Source of the DNA: Bacteroidales bacterium
GTDB lineage: Bacteria; Bacteroidota; Bacteroidia; Bacteroidales; P3
NCBI GenBank assembly: GCA_017443265.1
Contig: JAFSOU010000015.1
Span: 399-64,398, forward strand
DNA length: 64,000 nt
Direction of reading: 5' to 3'
This document shows positions 36,920 through 45,066 of this stretch, piece by piece. Numbering within the stretch: the first letter of the stretch is position 1; the number at the start of each line of letters is the position of its first letter. The notes under the pieces were generated by a model that saw nothing but the letters and a program-made list of their open reading frames with translations, did not search any database and had not been told where the DNA came from. A program made the translations under genes and the position numbers.

Positions 36920-38130
36920 ACCTGCCGTTTTTCGTAGCCAGAAAGTACCTGTTTTCGCGCAAACGCAAGACCATCATCAATATCATCTCTTGGATATCGC
37001 TGATAGGTATTGCCGTGGGCTCTATGGCCCTTATAGTGGTGCTCTCGGTTTACAACGGCATAGGCAACCTCACGCAGTCGCTGTTCAACGTGTTCGACCC
37101 CGAACTGGTGATAGAGCCGCGCCAAGGCAAGAGCTTCCACACCGGCGACGCATTCCCGCTGCAACAGATAAAACAGACCGAAGGCGTGGCAAGCGTCTCC
37201 GAAATTGTGGAGGAAAACGCATGGGTTATCTACAAACAAAACGAACAAATTGCGATGCTCCGCGGCGTGGATCGCAGCTACTTGCACCACAGCGGACTGC
37301 AGTACAAACTCTCCGACACTCTCAACTACGACCTTGGCAACGACGGCGGCAACTACGGCGTGCTGCTCGGCAGCAACCTGTACTGGGCATTGGGCGTCAA
37401 TTATCTGGACCAGAATACGCCGCTGGTGGTTCATATACCCAAACGCAAGGCGGGCATAGGACTTACCATCGACGACGCTTTCAACACGCGCTACGCCATG
37501 GTCCTCGACTTTTTCTCGGTGCAGAACGAGATAGACTCCAAATACGGCGTGGCCGACATCGGTTTTGTGCGCGAGCTGCTCGACTATTCACCCGACGAGG
37601 TGTCGTTTCTAGCACTATCGGTGGATTCGTCGTACTCGGTAAAAAAAGTGAAATGGCAGCTGCAGGCCATCGTGGGCGACAATTTCAGAGTCAAGGACCG
37701 TTTTGAGCAACAGCCGCTTTACTACAAGATTTACTCGTCGGAGCGGCTGGGCATTTTCCTCATACTTTCGCTAATAATAATAATAGCCTCGCTTAGCCTA
37801 ATAGCCTCGCTCTCGCTGCTTATCATCGACAAGCGCGACGACAACCGTCTGATGCAATGCCTCGGCGCAACAAAAGCCACCATGCGCAGGATTTTCTTTG
37901 TGGAGGGCGTGCTTATCTCCGTGGTGGGAGTGTTTATCGGACTTGCCGTGGGTTTTGTGGTGTGCTTCGTGCAACAGCAGTTCGGAATAGTAAAAATGGG
38001 CGACGGCAATTTCATAGTCGACGCATTCCCTGTGGCGATGCACCTTACCGATTTCGTGGTCGTCTTTGCCCTTGTCATAGTCCTTTCCATGGCGTCGGTG
38101 TGGTTCACCGTAAGGCGGGCCAAGTTCTGA
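36916..38130 (+). CDS. FtsX-like ABC transporter permease (LolC/E family)
   Basis: MNLPFFVARKYLFSRKRKTIINIISWISLIGIAVGSMALIVVLSVYNG is a LolE-like N-terminus. The ATG overlaps the rbfA stop (ATGA). The ORF-track start at 36724 runs through rbfA in another frame. Confidence 0.85.
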   Translation: MNLPFFVARKYLFSRKRKTIINIISWISLIGIAVGSMALIVVLSVYNGIGNLTQSLFNVFDPELVIEPRQGKSFHTGDAFPLQQIKQTEGVASVSEIVEENAWVIYKQNEQIAMLRGVDRSYLHHSGLQYKLSDTLNYDLGNDGGNYGVLLGSNLYWALGVNYLDQNTPLVVHIPKRKAGIGLTIDDAFNTRYAMVLDFFSVQNEIDSKYGVADIGFVRELLDYSPDEVSFLALSVDSSYSVKKVKWQLQAIVGDNFRVKDRFEQQPLYYKIYSSERLGIFLILSLIIIIASLSLIASLSLLIIDKRDDNRLMQCLGATKATMRRIFFVEGVLISVVGVFIGLAVGFVVCFVQQQFGIVKMGDGNFIVDAFPVAMHLTDFVVVFALVIVLSMASVWFTVRRAKF

Positions 38131-38285
38131 TTTTTCCTCCTGCTCGCCTTCGGCTCACGAGATCTTGTAAATCTTGTTAATGAAGAAAGGCCCAGTGGAC
38201 CTTTCGATAGCGAAGCGGAGAAAAAAAACGCCGAAGGCGAAATATTGTTTAGATTTCCAAGATTTCTGCCCGAAGGGCAAGGAGA

Positions 38286-38314
38286 ATTTCAATTTTCAAT
38301 TTTCAACTTTCAAC
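38286..38314 (+). repeat. Heptamer array (NTTTCAA)x4
   Basis: atttcaa ttttcaa ttttcaa ctttcaa, abutting the stop codon of the 38315..39724 gene. Confidence 0.8.
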
Positions 38315-39724
38315 TCACTCCTTAAATCCCGGTTCCAAAATCTTGAAAATCTCGACAAGCATCTTGGCATCGATTTTTTTGGCAAGTATTTTCTTGTCCT
38401 TGTCGAGCAGATAGATGACCGGGGTGGAAATCACATCGTACAGCTCTTTCCAGTCCACATTGGCCACGCCGCCGTTGTAGTTGTTCCAGTCGTAAAGGTT
38501 CTTGTCCTTGATAAAATCTTTCCACTTGTCCTCCTCGTGTATGTCGGTGTTTATGGCAAAAGTGCCTATGTCGTAGGTGCTTGCATATTTCTGATAGAAA
38601 TCGTGGAGGGCGGGTATTATCGTGGCGCAGTGTCCGCATGTCGGCGACCAGAAAATGAGCAGGGTATATTTGTTCTTTACATCGCTGAGGTGGTGCCATT
38701 GGTCGTTGTAGAGCACTCCGAACTCGGGAGCCGTCTCACCCACAAGCAGTTTTTTCCATTTGGTGGCGCGTTCCACCTCCGAGTCGATGTCGGAAGGCGA
38801 AGCCCAGAATGCCTCGCCAGTGGCGTAGTATTTCTCTATCATGTGCACATACACTGCGTCGTGCGTCATTACGTTGCTACGCAAGTATTTCTCCGCCAAA
38901 TAGTTGACAAGATACTGGAAAACATCCTTGGCGGGACGCGATTTGTCTATCATCTTGTCGGCAAACTCGCAGATAACATCGGGAGAGGCCTGTCCCAGAT
39001 ACACATTGAAGAAACGCTCCACACGGTCGTAGAACACCGCCGAGGGTGTGCGCACCATGGCGTTGCAGTCGAGCGACATGTTGTCGAAATAGTGATCACC
39101 GTAGTATTCGGCCTTTTCTACTTTGGAAAGGCTGTCGCCGTTTTCTTTGGTTGCAGGCACTTCCACCTCTTTGATGGCTTTCAGCATACGGCAGAAAAGA
39201 TATTCCGGATGGGCCGCGATAAGGCCGTCCTGTATGGTGTCGAGCTGGCTGCGAAGGACGCGCGCACGTTTTTTGGCCAACTCCTTGTCGGGGGTGTTTT
39301 TGTTTACGGAGTCGTACATGCTGTAATAATGCTGGTTGAGACGCTGATAGTCGTAGAAAGCCTTGTTCTCGGGCGAGCCCGTCACCTGCATGTTGGTAAT
39401 CCAGTTGGTCTCGTCGGTCTTGAGGGTGAAAGTGGGTTTGTCGAGGTTTATTATAAACTCGGCATAGCGTCCCTGCGGGTTGGAGAAGAAATACACTCCA
39501 GGTTTCACCTCCTTGGTTGTGCTTTCAAAAACAAACTGTCCTTTTTTGTTGATACGGGCGGTGTCCATGGCCGGGGTGTATTTGCCATAATAATAGCCCA
39601 TATACAGTACTGTGTCCTTGGCGTTTTTTATCTGGACGGTTATCTTGTATCCTTTCTTCGGTGCGGCGCTTACTACGCCAGCTATCAGTACCATTGCGGC
39701 CAGAGCCAAAATGTGTTTTCTCAT
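38315..39724 (-). CDS. Thioredoxin-fold thiol:disulfide oxidoreductase (TlpA-like) with a large N-terminal domain (DUF5106-like)
   Basis: Signal MRKHILALAAMVLIAGVVSA and CxxC site FWSPTCGHC. Confidence 0.8.
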   Translation of the reverse strand: MRKHILALAAMVLIAGVVSAAPKKGYKITVQIKNAKDTVLYMGYYYGKYTPAMDTARINKKGQFVFESTTKEVKPGVYFFSNPQGRYAEFIINLDKPTFTLKTDETNWITNMQVTGSPENKAFYDYQRLNQHYYSMYDSVNKNTPDKELAKKRARVLRSQLDTIQDGLIAAHPEYLFCRMLKAIKEVEVPATKENGDSLSKVEKAEYYGDHYFDNMSLDCNAMVRTPSAVFYDRVERFFNVYLGQASPDVICEFADKMIDKSRPAKDVFQYLVNYLAEKYLRSNVMTHDAVYVHMIEKYYATGEAFWASPSDIDSEVERATKWKKLLVGETAPEFGVLYNDQWHHLSDVKNKYTLLIFWSPTCGHCATIIPALHDFYQKYASTYDIGTFAINTDIHEEDKWKDFIKDKNLYDWNNYNGGVANVDWKELYDVISTPVIYLLDKDKKILAKKIDAKMLVEIFKILEPGFKE

Positions 39725-39855
39725 AGGTATGTAGTTGTCGTTAATTGTTTAGACTATTAAAAACTGAAAAACTCAAAAATTATTGTATAGACACTTCAAA
39801 AGGTATTTTTTTTACAAAAAATGAGTGATTTTTGCAAAAATCCAGCAATATCTAT

Positions 39856-39918
39856 CGTAACGCACTACTACAAACCCCGATACAAACGCCAATGTCTCCA
39901 TTACGCTTCTGAGCGTAA
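39856..39918 (+). repeat. 63-nt intergenic repeat, copy 1. It contains the hairpin ttacgct-tctg-agcgtaa.
   Basis: 53/63 identical to 42701..42763 in a gap-free hand alignment, in the same orientation. Confidence 0.8.
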
Positions 39919-39996
39919 CGCCGCGAAGCGTAATGATATAATAATTTGATAATGTTTGAATTGCAAAATAAATTTGGTTATTTTGCATAAAAAATG

Positions 39997-40004
39997 TATC
40001 TTTG
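39997..40004 (+). promoter_or_regulatory. Bacteroidota -7 promoter box (TAtcTTTG)
   Basis: tatctttg lies 25 nt upstream of the ATG at 40029. Confidence 0.55.
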
Positions 40005-40028
40005 CAGAGCAATAAAAAAGTATTTGAT

Positions 40029-41153
40029 ATGAACCCTTTCAGTTTTGGAAATATAGTCCGTGGAGATGAGTTTTACGACAGAACTCGCGAGACCGAGTTG
40101 CTGGTTTCCACTCTCACAGGCGGCAACAATGTTGTGCTTTTCGCACCGAGGCGTTTTGGCAAAACCTCGCTTGTTTTCAAGGTTATGGAACAGCTGGAGT
40201 CGCAAGGTGTAGTTTGTGTGTATATCGATTTGATGGCGACCTACTCTCTGGAAAGCCTTGTGGAGTTATATGTCAATGCCGTGAAAGAAAAGCAGGGACG
40301 GATTGAGACATTCGCCAAAAATCTGTCAAAATGGGTGAAATCCATACGTCCTAAAGTGGATTTCGGTCCGGACGGGATGCCCTCGTTTTCGTTGGATTTT
40401 GAAAACGGAAAAGCCGATGCCGCTACAGTGACCGAGGTTTTCGACCTACCACAACACCTTGCACAAAAAGGCAAACGGGTTGTAGTAGTTATCGACGAGT
40501 TCCAAGAAATCACACGTTTCCAGAAATACGGATTGGAGGGTGTTCTACGTTCCATAATTCAGCGTCAGAAGAACGTGAATTACATCTTTTTGGGCAGCAA
40601 GACTCACCTTATGATGCAGATGTTCGACAGTAAAAAACGTCCTTTCTACAACTCCGGCATACAGGTGCAGATAGGCCCTCTCCCACAAGAAGACACCATT
40701 CGTTTCCTCCAGCAACGTTTTGCAAGCGACGGGATGGTAATTGGCGAGGAACAATGCAAGTATCTGATTGAGTGTGTCGGTGACATACCCTACTACATAC
40801 AATTGTTGGCATCGGTGCTCTGGCAAAGGGTGGTAACAAACAAACATACAATAACAAACGACGATATTGACTTGTGTGTCGATGATATAATCGGACTTAA
40901 AGGGGATTACTACCAAGAACAGTTCGACAAATATTCCGAACGCCAAAAAAGTCTGCTTAAAGCCATCGCCGTTGACGGATGTAACATATTTTCGTCCAGA
41001 TATATACAGCGGCACAGACTCGCCCCCGCCTCGACAGTTCAGAAAAGTGTCGCCGTCCTAACCGAAGATGGCGTTATCGAAAAGGAAGGCGGCAACTATT
41101 TCATAAGCGACCCATTCCTGCGCCGTTATATCATCGCAAAATACGGGTTATGA
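40029..41153 (+). CDS. AAA+/Arch_ATPase (PF01637-like) NTPase with a C-terminal winged-helix-like region
   Basis: Walker A is LFAPRRFGKTSL and Walker B is VVVIDEFQEI. The protein is about 374 aa. The start was set at MNPFSFGNIV, and the ORF-track start at 40002 is a TTG inside the promoter box. Confidence 0.8.
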   Translation: MNPFSFGNIVRGDEFYDRTRETELLVSTLTGGNNVVLFAPRRFGKTSLVFKVMEQLESQGVVCVYIDLMATYSLESLVELYVNAVKEKQGRIETFAKNLSKWVKSIRPKVDFGPDGMPSFSLDFENGKADAATVTEVFDLPQHLAQKGKRVVVVIDEFQEITRFQKYGLEGVLRSIIQRQKNVNYIFLGSKTHLMMQMFDSKKRPFYNSGIQVQIGPLPQEDTIRFLQQRFASDGMVIGEEQCKYLIECVGDIPYYIQLLASVLWQRVVTNKHTITNDDIDLCVDDIIGLKGDYYQEQFDKYSERQKSLLKAIAVDGCNIFSSRYIQRHRLAPASTVQKSVAVLTEDGVIEKEGGNYFISDPFLRRYIIAKYGL

Positions 41154-41285
41154 TTATGTTCGGTCGACAAAAGACTTTTTGTATCAACACCCTTGATTTT
41201 TATCATTGTTCGCAGATTATAAAAATCACCAATCACTTTTTCAACAAGAGATTGCATTTTGTACCTCGATTTATTACAATGAAAG

Positions 41286-42326
41286 ATGAAATATTTTGGT
41301 AAACTTTTATCGCGTCTGTTTTTCTTTACAATGGGTAGTGTGATTTTATTTTTTGTCTATTCACAAATCTTACCGTCAGCTCAAAACGAGCAAAATTTGT
41401 TGGTAAAAACATTCATCTATATTTTTACAGCGATATTAGGATGTGTAGGTTTAAGTAGTATAATCTTAGCTTTTTTTACAGATAGATTAACGCAACGGGC
41501 TTCCAAAGAGAGACGCGAGGAAGGATATCGTCACAAGCGTAAGGAACGCGAATGTTCCCCCGAAGAATTAATACACAAGGCTCGTGTGAGTAACACCGTC
41601 GTTTATTTAATTGAATCAATATTTTACTTAGGAGGTGCAATATTTTCTATTTATTTTGTATCTATAATATTGTCCTCCGACGAAGTCGATCCTGTACTAA
41701 TCATCTTTTTTTCGGCTCTATACGGTTTGTTTCTGTGCAATTTGGCAAAACCATTGATTAAACTGATTGCCAAACGAAAAGGTTGGAAAAAAATATCGGA
41801 AAGACTTGCCTCTGACTCCGACAAACTGGAAGAACAATTGCGTAGCCGCAAAGAAAAGATGGAACAATATATGTCAGACGGGGTTCTGTTGATAGCCAAT
41901 CAAAACGGTAATGGCGACATATACAATGCTCTTGAGGACTATGTGGACAAGTTTGTTCCCAACCATGTCGATGGCTCGGCACAATTGTGGCAGACCGACC
42001 TTTACAGTTTTGCTATAACTTTCCCATGCGGTGTAAGTCGAAATCAGCTTATGCAGATGATGTGTCAGCTTGAACATGAGTGTCACAACATAAGGCTGTG
42101 GATGCCTTCGCAGTTCGCCAAAAGCACTTCAGGGCAATGGACAATGGTCACAGTGAGAGTAGATGGTGTACTCGTGGCTGCAAGCGATGACGGTTGTCAG
42201 TGGATTGTGTCCAATTACGATACTGACGACCTGCTTTTCAAAAGCACCGACTCTCATCAAATCTCTTTTCAGCCCCGTCCCGACATAGATTTCAACAACG
42301 CAAAGAAAAAAGCATTATATTACTGA
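41286..42326 (+). CDS. Hypothetical membrane protein: 4 predicted TM helices, a Lys/Arg/Glu-rich linker and a ~150-aa soluble C-terminal domain. It is AT-rich.
   Basis: Hydrophobic segments are LLSRLFFFTMGSVILFFVY, FIYIFTAILGCVGLSSIILAFF, VVYLIESIFYLGGAIFSIYFVSIIL and VLIIFFSALYGLFLCNLA. I recognise no family. Confidence 0.6.
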   Translation: MKYFGKLLSRLFFFTMGSVILFFVYSQILPSAQNEQNLLVKTFIYIFTAILGCVGLSSIILAFFTDRLTQRASKERREEGYRHKRKERECSPEELIHKARVSNTVVYLIESIFYLGGAIFSIYFVSIILSSDEVDPVLIIFFSALYGLFLCNLAKPLIKLIAKRKGWKKISERLASDSDKLEEQLRSRKEKMEQYMSDGVLLIANQNGNGDIYNALEDYVDKFVPNHVDGSAQLWQTDLYSFAITFPCGVSRNQLMQMMCQLEHECHNIRLWMPSQFAKSTSGQWTMVTVRVDGVLVAASDDGCQWIVSNYDTDDLLFKSTDSHQISFQPRPDIDFNNAKKKALYY

Positions 42327-42327
42327 T

Positions 42328-42693
42328 ATGATTAAGAACTTGTTACTTGTGGCTTTGGGCAGTGCTGTGGGCGGAGCGCTGCGATATGTCGTTTCGCTTG
42401 TGATGCGCTGGAACGGCAACGGTTTCCCGTGTGCAACTTTCACGGTGAACCTTGTGGGATGTCTTGTTATAGGACTTTTGGCAGGATTTCTGTCGCGACA
42501 CTCGTCGGAAAATTTGAACCTGCTGCTTGTTACCGGACTTTGCGGCGGCATTACCACGTTTTCCACCTTCTCGCGCGAAAGCCTCACACTTATCCAGCAG
42601 GGACAGTGGTGCACCGTTGCGCTTTATGTCATCGGCAGTGTGGTTCTGGGCGTGCTGCTAACTTTTGTGGGGTATGGCATTACAAAAGCATAG
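42328..42693 (+). CDS. crcB: Fluoride ion channel CrcB/FluC
   Basis: 121 aa, with GSAVGGALRY..., FPCATFTVNLVGCLVIG and GLCGGITTFSTF motifs. The start codon lies 1 nt after the upstream stop. Confidence 0.92.
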   Translation: MIKNLLLVALGSAVGGALRYVVSLVMRWNGNGFPCATFTVNLVGCLVIGLLAGFLSRHSSENLNLLLVTGLCGGITTFSTFSRESLTLIQQGQWCTVALYVIGSVVLGVLLTFVGYGITKA

Positions 42694-42700
42694 TTTTTCT

Positions 42701-42763
42701 CGTAACCCACTATATCTAAACCCGTTACAAACGCCAACATCTCCATTACGCTTCGGAGCGTAA
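42701..42763 (+). repeat. 63-nt intergenic repeat, copy 2. It contains the hairpin ttacgct-tcgg-agcgtaa.
   Basis: Partner of 39856..39918. Confidence 0.8.
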
Positions 42764-42780
42764 TAAAAACGTCGTGCCAA

Positions 42781-42818
42781 AAGTTGAAAATTGAGTATTG
42801 AAAGTTGATATTTTTGAA
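42781..42818 (-). repeat. Degenerate NTTTCAA heptamer array in inverted orientation
   Basis: The reverse complement reads ...atcaa ctttcaa tactcaa ttttcaa ctt. Confidence 0.6.
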
Positions 42819-42947
42819 ACACTCAGCCGTGCGTCTCATTTTTCTGAAAATCTGATAATCCGAACATCGGAATGTCTGAAAGTCTTCACACAACTCCATT
42901 CTTTATCACTGTTCACAGTTCACTGCTCACTATATGAAAAAAAATCG

Positions 42948-42955
42948 TATCTTTG
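42948..42955 (+). promoter_or_regulatory. Bacteroidota -7 promoter box (TAtcTTTG)
   Basis: tatctttg lies 25 nt upstream of the ATG at 42980. Confidence 0.55.
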
Positions 42956-42979
42956 CAAACGTAAAAACATCAACAGAAT

Positions 42980-44146
42980 ATGATAAAAAAGCTATTTACC
43001 AAGGTCGTTCTCTTTGCCGTGCTACTTACGGCAGGCGGTTTTGCCAACGCACAAACAACGCTCTCCGACAACGCTTTCGCCAGCCTTGTCACCTGCGGCC
43101 CGGGCAACGACTATTACCTAGCCTTCGGGCACACCGCCATACGTGTGTGCGACCCCGCCAACGGCATCGACCGTGTGTACAACTACGGCACCTTCGATTT
43201 CGACTCGCCCAACCTGTACTGGAATTTCGTCCGAGGGTACCTCAACTACTGCGTGTCGGCCTCCAGCTACCGCAATTTTGTGGCCACCTACCAATACGAG
43301 GGCCGCTCGCTGGTGGAGCAACGCCTGCGCCTCACCCCCGACGAATGCCGCCGTCTTTTCGATGCCTTGGAGGAGAACTGCCGTCCCAAGAACAAGTACT
43401 ACATCTACGATTTTTTCCGCGACAACTGCGCCACCCGCGCCCGCGACATGGTTGTGAAAGCCCTCGACAACCCGGCGCTTTTCGTCAACCGCACCGCCGA
43501 CACCAACCGCACCTACCGCCAGATTATCTACCAGTATGTGGACCGTCTGCAGTGGTGGCAGTTCGGCGTGGACCTGCTGCTTGGCATGCGCTGCGACCGC
43601 CCCGTGTCCACCAACGACTATATGTTTATCCCTTTCGACCTGCACAACCAGCTCGACACCACCGTTGTTTCCGCCACAGGCAAGCCCCTTGCCGAGCCGT
43701 CGGTGCAGATACTTACCGAAACCAAGCAGCCCAACCCCGAGAGCCTCTCGCCCGACCTTGTCTTCTGGCTCTTTTTCCTTGTTGTGGCCGTGCTTACTAT
43801 CGCCGGACTGCTCAAAGGATGGCGCCTGTGCTGGCTCGACATACCGTTGTTCTCGGTGGCGGGAGTGCTGTCGTTAGTTTTGCTGGTGATGTGGTTCTTC
43901 ACCATACACTGGTGCACCAAATGGAATCTCAACATACTGTGGCTCAATCCGTTGTTTCTTTACATATTGTTCCGCTTGCGCAAAAGCAACCGCATAGTGC
44001 TGTACATCACAATGGCCTGTCTTGCAGTGGTTTTGATAGGTTTTGCGTGGCTGCCGCAGCAGTTCAACACCGCGGTGTTCCCCATTGTATTGGCCCTGAT
44101 GGCCCGTCTGGCAAGCTACCTTATTCCCCAACGCAACAACAAATAA
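42980..44146 (+). CDS. DUF4105 (Lnb N-terminal periplasmic domain)-type membrane protein
   Basis: Signal peptide, then AFASLVTCGPGNDYYLAFGHTAIRVCD...YNYGTFDF (a DUF4105 hallmark) and C-terminal TM helices. The overlapping ORF 42934..44160 is in another frame and is Arg/Pro-rich. Confidence 0.75.
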   Translation: MIKKLFTKVVLFAVLLTAGGFANAQTTLSDNAFASLVTCGPGNDYYLAFGHTAIRVCDPANGIDRVYNYGTFDFDSPNLYWNFVRGYLNYCVSASSYRNFVATYQYEGRSLVEQRLRLTPDECRRLFDALEENCRPKNKYYIYDFFRDNCATRARDMVVKALDNPALFVNRTADTNRTYRQIIYQYVDRLQWWQFGVDLLLGMRCDRPVSTNDYMFIPFDLHNQLDTTVVSATGKPLAEPSVQILTETKQPNPESLSPDLVFWLFFLVVAVLTIAGLLKGWRLCWLDIPLFSVAGVLSLVLLVMWFFTIHWCTKWNLNILWLNPLFLYILFRLRKSNRIVLYITMACLAVVLIGFAWLPQQFNTAVFPIVLALMARLASYLIPQRNNK

Positions 44147-44195
44147 TAAGGAACATCTAAAAACACGAAAAAAAATAAAAAAAATCATACCAATC

Positions 44196-44262
44196 ATTTC
44201 AACTTTCAATTTTCAACCTTCAATTTAAAAGATTTCAACTTTCAACCTTCAACTTTCAATTT
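44196..44262 (+). repeat. Heptamer array (NTTTCAA)x4, an 8-nt spacer, then (NTTTCAA)x4
   Basis: atttcaa ctttcaa ttttcaa ccttcaa tttaaaag atttcaa ctttcaa ccttcaa ctttcaa. The array ends 3 nt before the ATG at 44266. Confidence 0.8.
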
Positions 44263-44265
44263 ATT

Positions 44266-44877
44266 ATGACTTACGACACATCCATCTTTTGGAAATGGTT
44301 TCAGGACAACGCCGAACAGCTCACCATGCTTTCGGAATACGACGAAGCCACACAAAACCAGCTCCTCGACCAGATGCAGGCACAGCTGGAGAAATACTGT
44401 CCCGCCCTCACCTTCGACATGACGGAGCCCAACAGCGACGGACGCCGGGTGGTATTCTCGGCCGAGGGCGACGTGGATTTCTTCGAGCCGCTGCTCAAAC
44501 TCACCGACGAAGCACCCGACATCGACTGGTGGGAGTTCGTACCTTTCAAACAGCCCAGCGGCAAAGATGTGAAAGTGCGTTTCGATCAGTACACCTTCGA
44601 CACCAAGAAGATGTTTTTCGAACCCCTCGAAACCGAGGAGGAGCCCGACATCCTAGGCCTGCGCGTAGCTTTCGACGGCGCCGACAACGACAACGAGGAC
44701 ATGCTGGTGGGCACCTACTCCACCATCGAAGCCCTTATCGGAGAGTTCGACTGCGCCACCATGCTGGGTTATTTCGAGATATGCCCCGTTCCGCAAAATC
44801 CGGAAAAGGAAGGATTCAAACCGCTGGCCGAACTCCACGATTTTGTGGAGTGGTTCAAACGGCAGAGGGAGAAATAG
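44266..44877 (+). CDS. Hypothetical acidic cytoplasmic protein (203 aa)
   Basis: This frame was chosen over 44289..44885, which is Arg/Pro/His-rich. No family is recognised. Confidence 0.55.
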   Translation: MTYDTSIFWKWFQDNAEQLTMLSEYDEATQNQLLDQMQAQLEKYCPALTFDMTEPNSDGRRVVFSAEGDVDFFEPLLKLTDEAPDIDWWEFVPFKQPSGKDVKVRFDQYTFDTKKMFFEPLETEEEPDILGLRVAFDGADNDNEDMLVGTYSTIEALIGEFDCATMLGYFEICPVPQNPEKEGFKPLAELHDFVEWFKRQREK

Positions 44878-45066
44878 TAACATGAAGAAAATCAGTAATT
44901 AACAAGTATTAACAACGAAAAACTAATATCTTTTGGCGATTTTTGTTTCAAAAGTCCGCAAAAAATGGTATTTTCGCATATTGTATCAACAATGCCTATT
45001 TATCGCCGTTTGCGCGAAAAAGCATTGTAAATTAAGTATTTAAGCAGATTAAACAAAAACATTTTT

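Noticed and set aside
39812-40012. Minus-strand small ORFs at 39812..40012 and 42624..42899 that share the peptide ITLRSVME.LAFV.G
   Set aside because: The shared peptide is just the translation of the 63-nt intergenic repeat. The substitutions are not biased to third codon positions, the flanking ORF sequence is unrelated, and there is a strong hairpin. I treat it as a DNA/RNA element, not a gene.
41154-42327. A fluoride riboswitch (crcB motif) expected upstream of crcB
   Set aside because: crcB starts 1 nt after the preceding stop, so there is no room for a leader. I could not recognise the conserved crcB-motif core in 41154..41285 or 39920..40028 by eye. An Infernal search would be decisive.
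42934-44160. A 408-aa ORF overlapping the DUF4105 gene in another frame. Also 44289..44885 overlapping the 203-aa gene.
   Set aside because: The translations are rich in Arg/Pro/His/Ala (RPRQRHRPCVQLRHLRF...), whereas the alternative frames give a signal peptide plus the DUF4105 hallmark and a normal acidic protein respectively.
44196-44262. Possible CRISPR array (regularly spaced short repeats)
   Set aside because: The units are 7 nt and directly abutting, with no unique spacers of CRISPR size. No cas genes are in the window.
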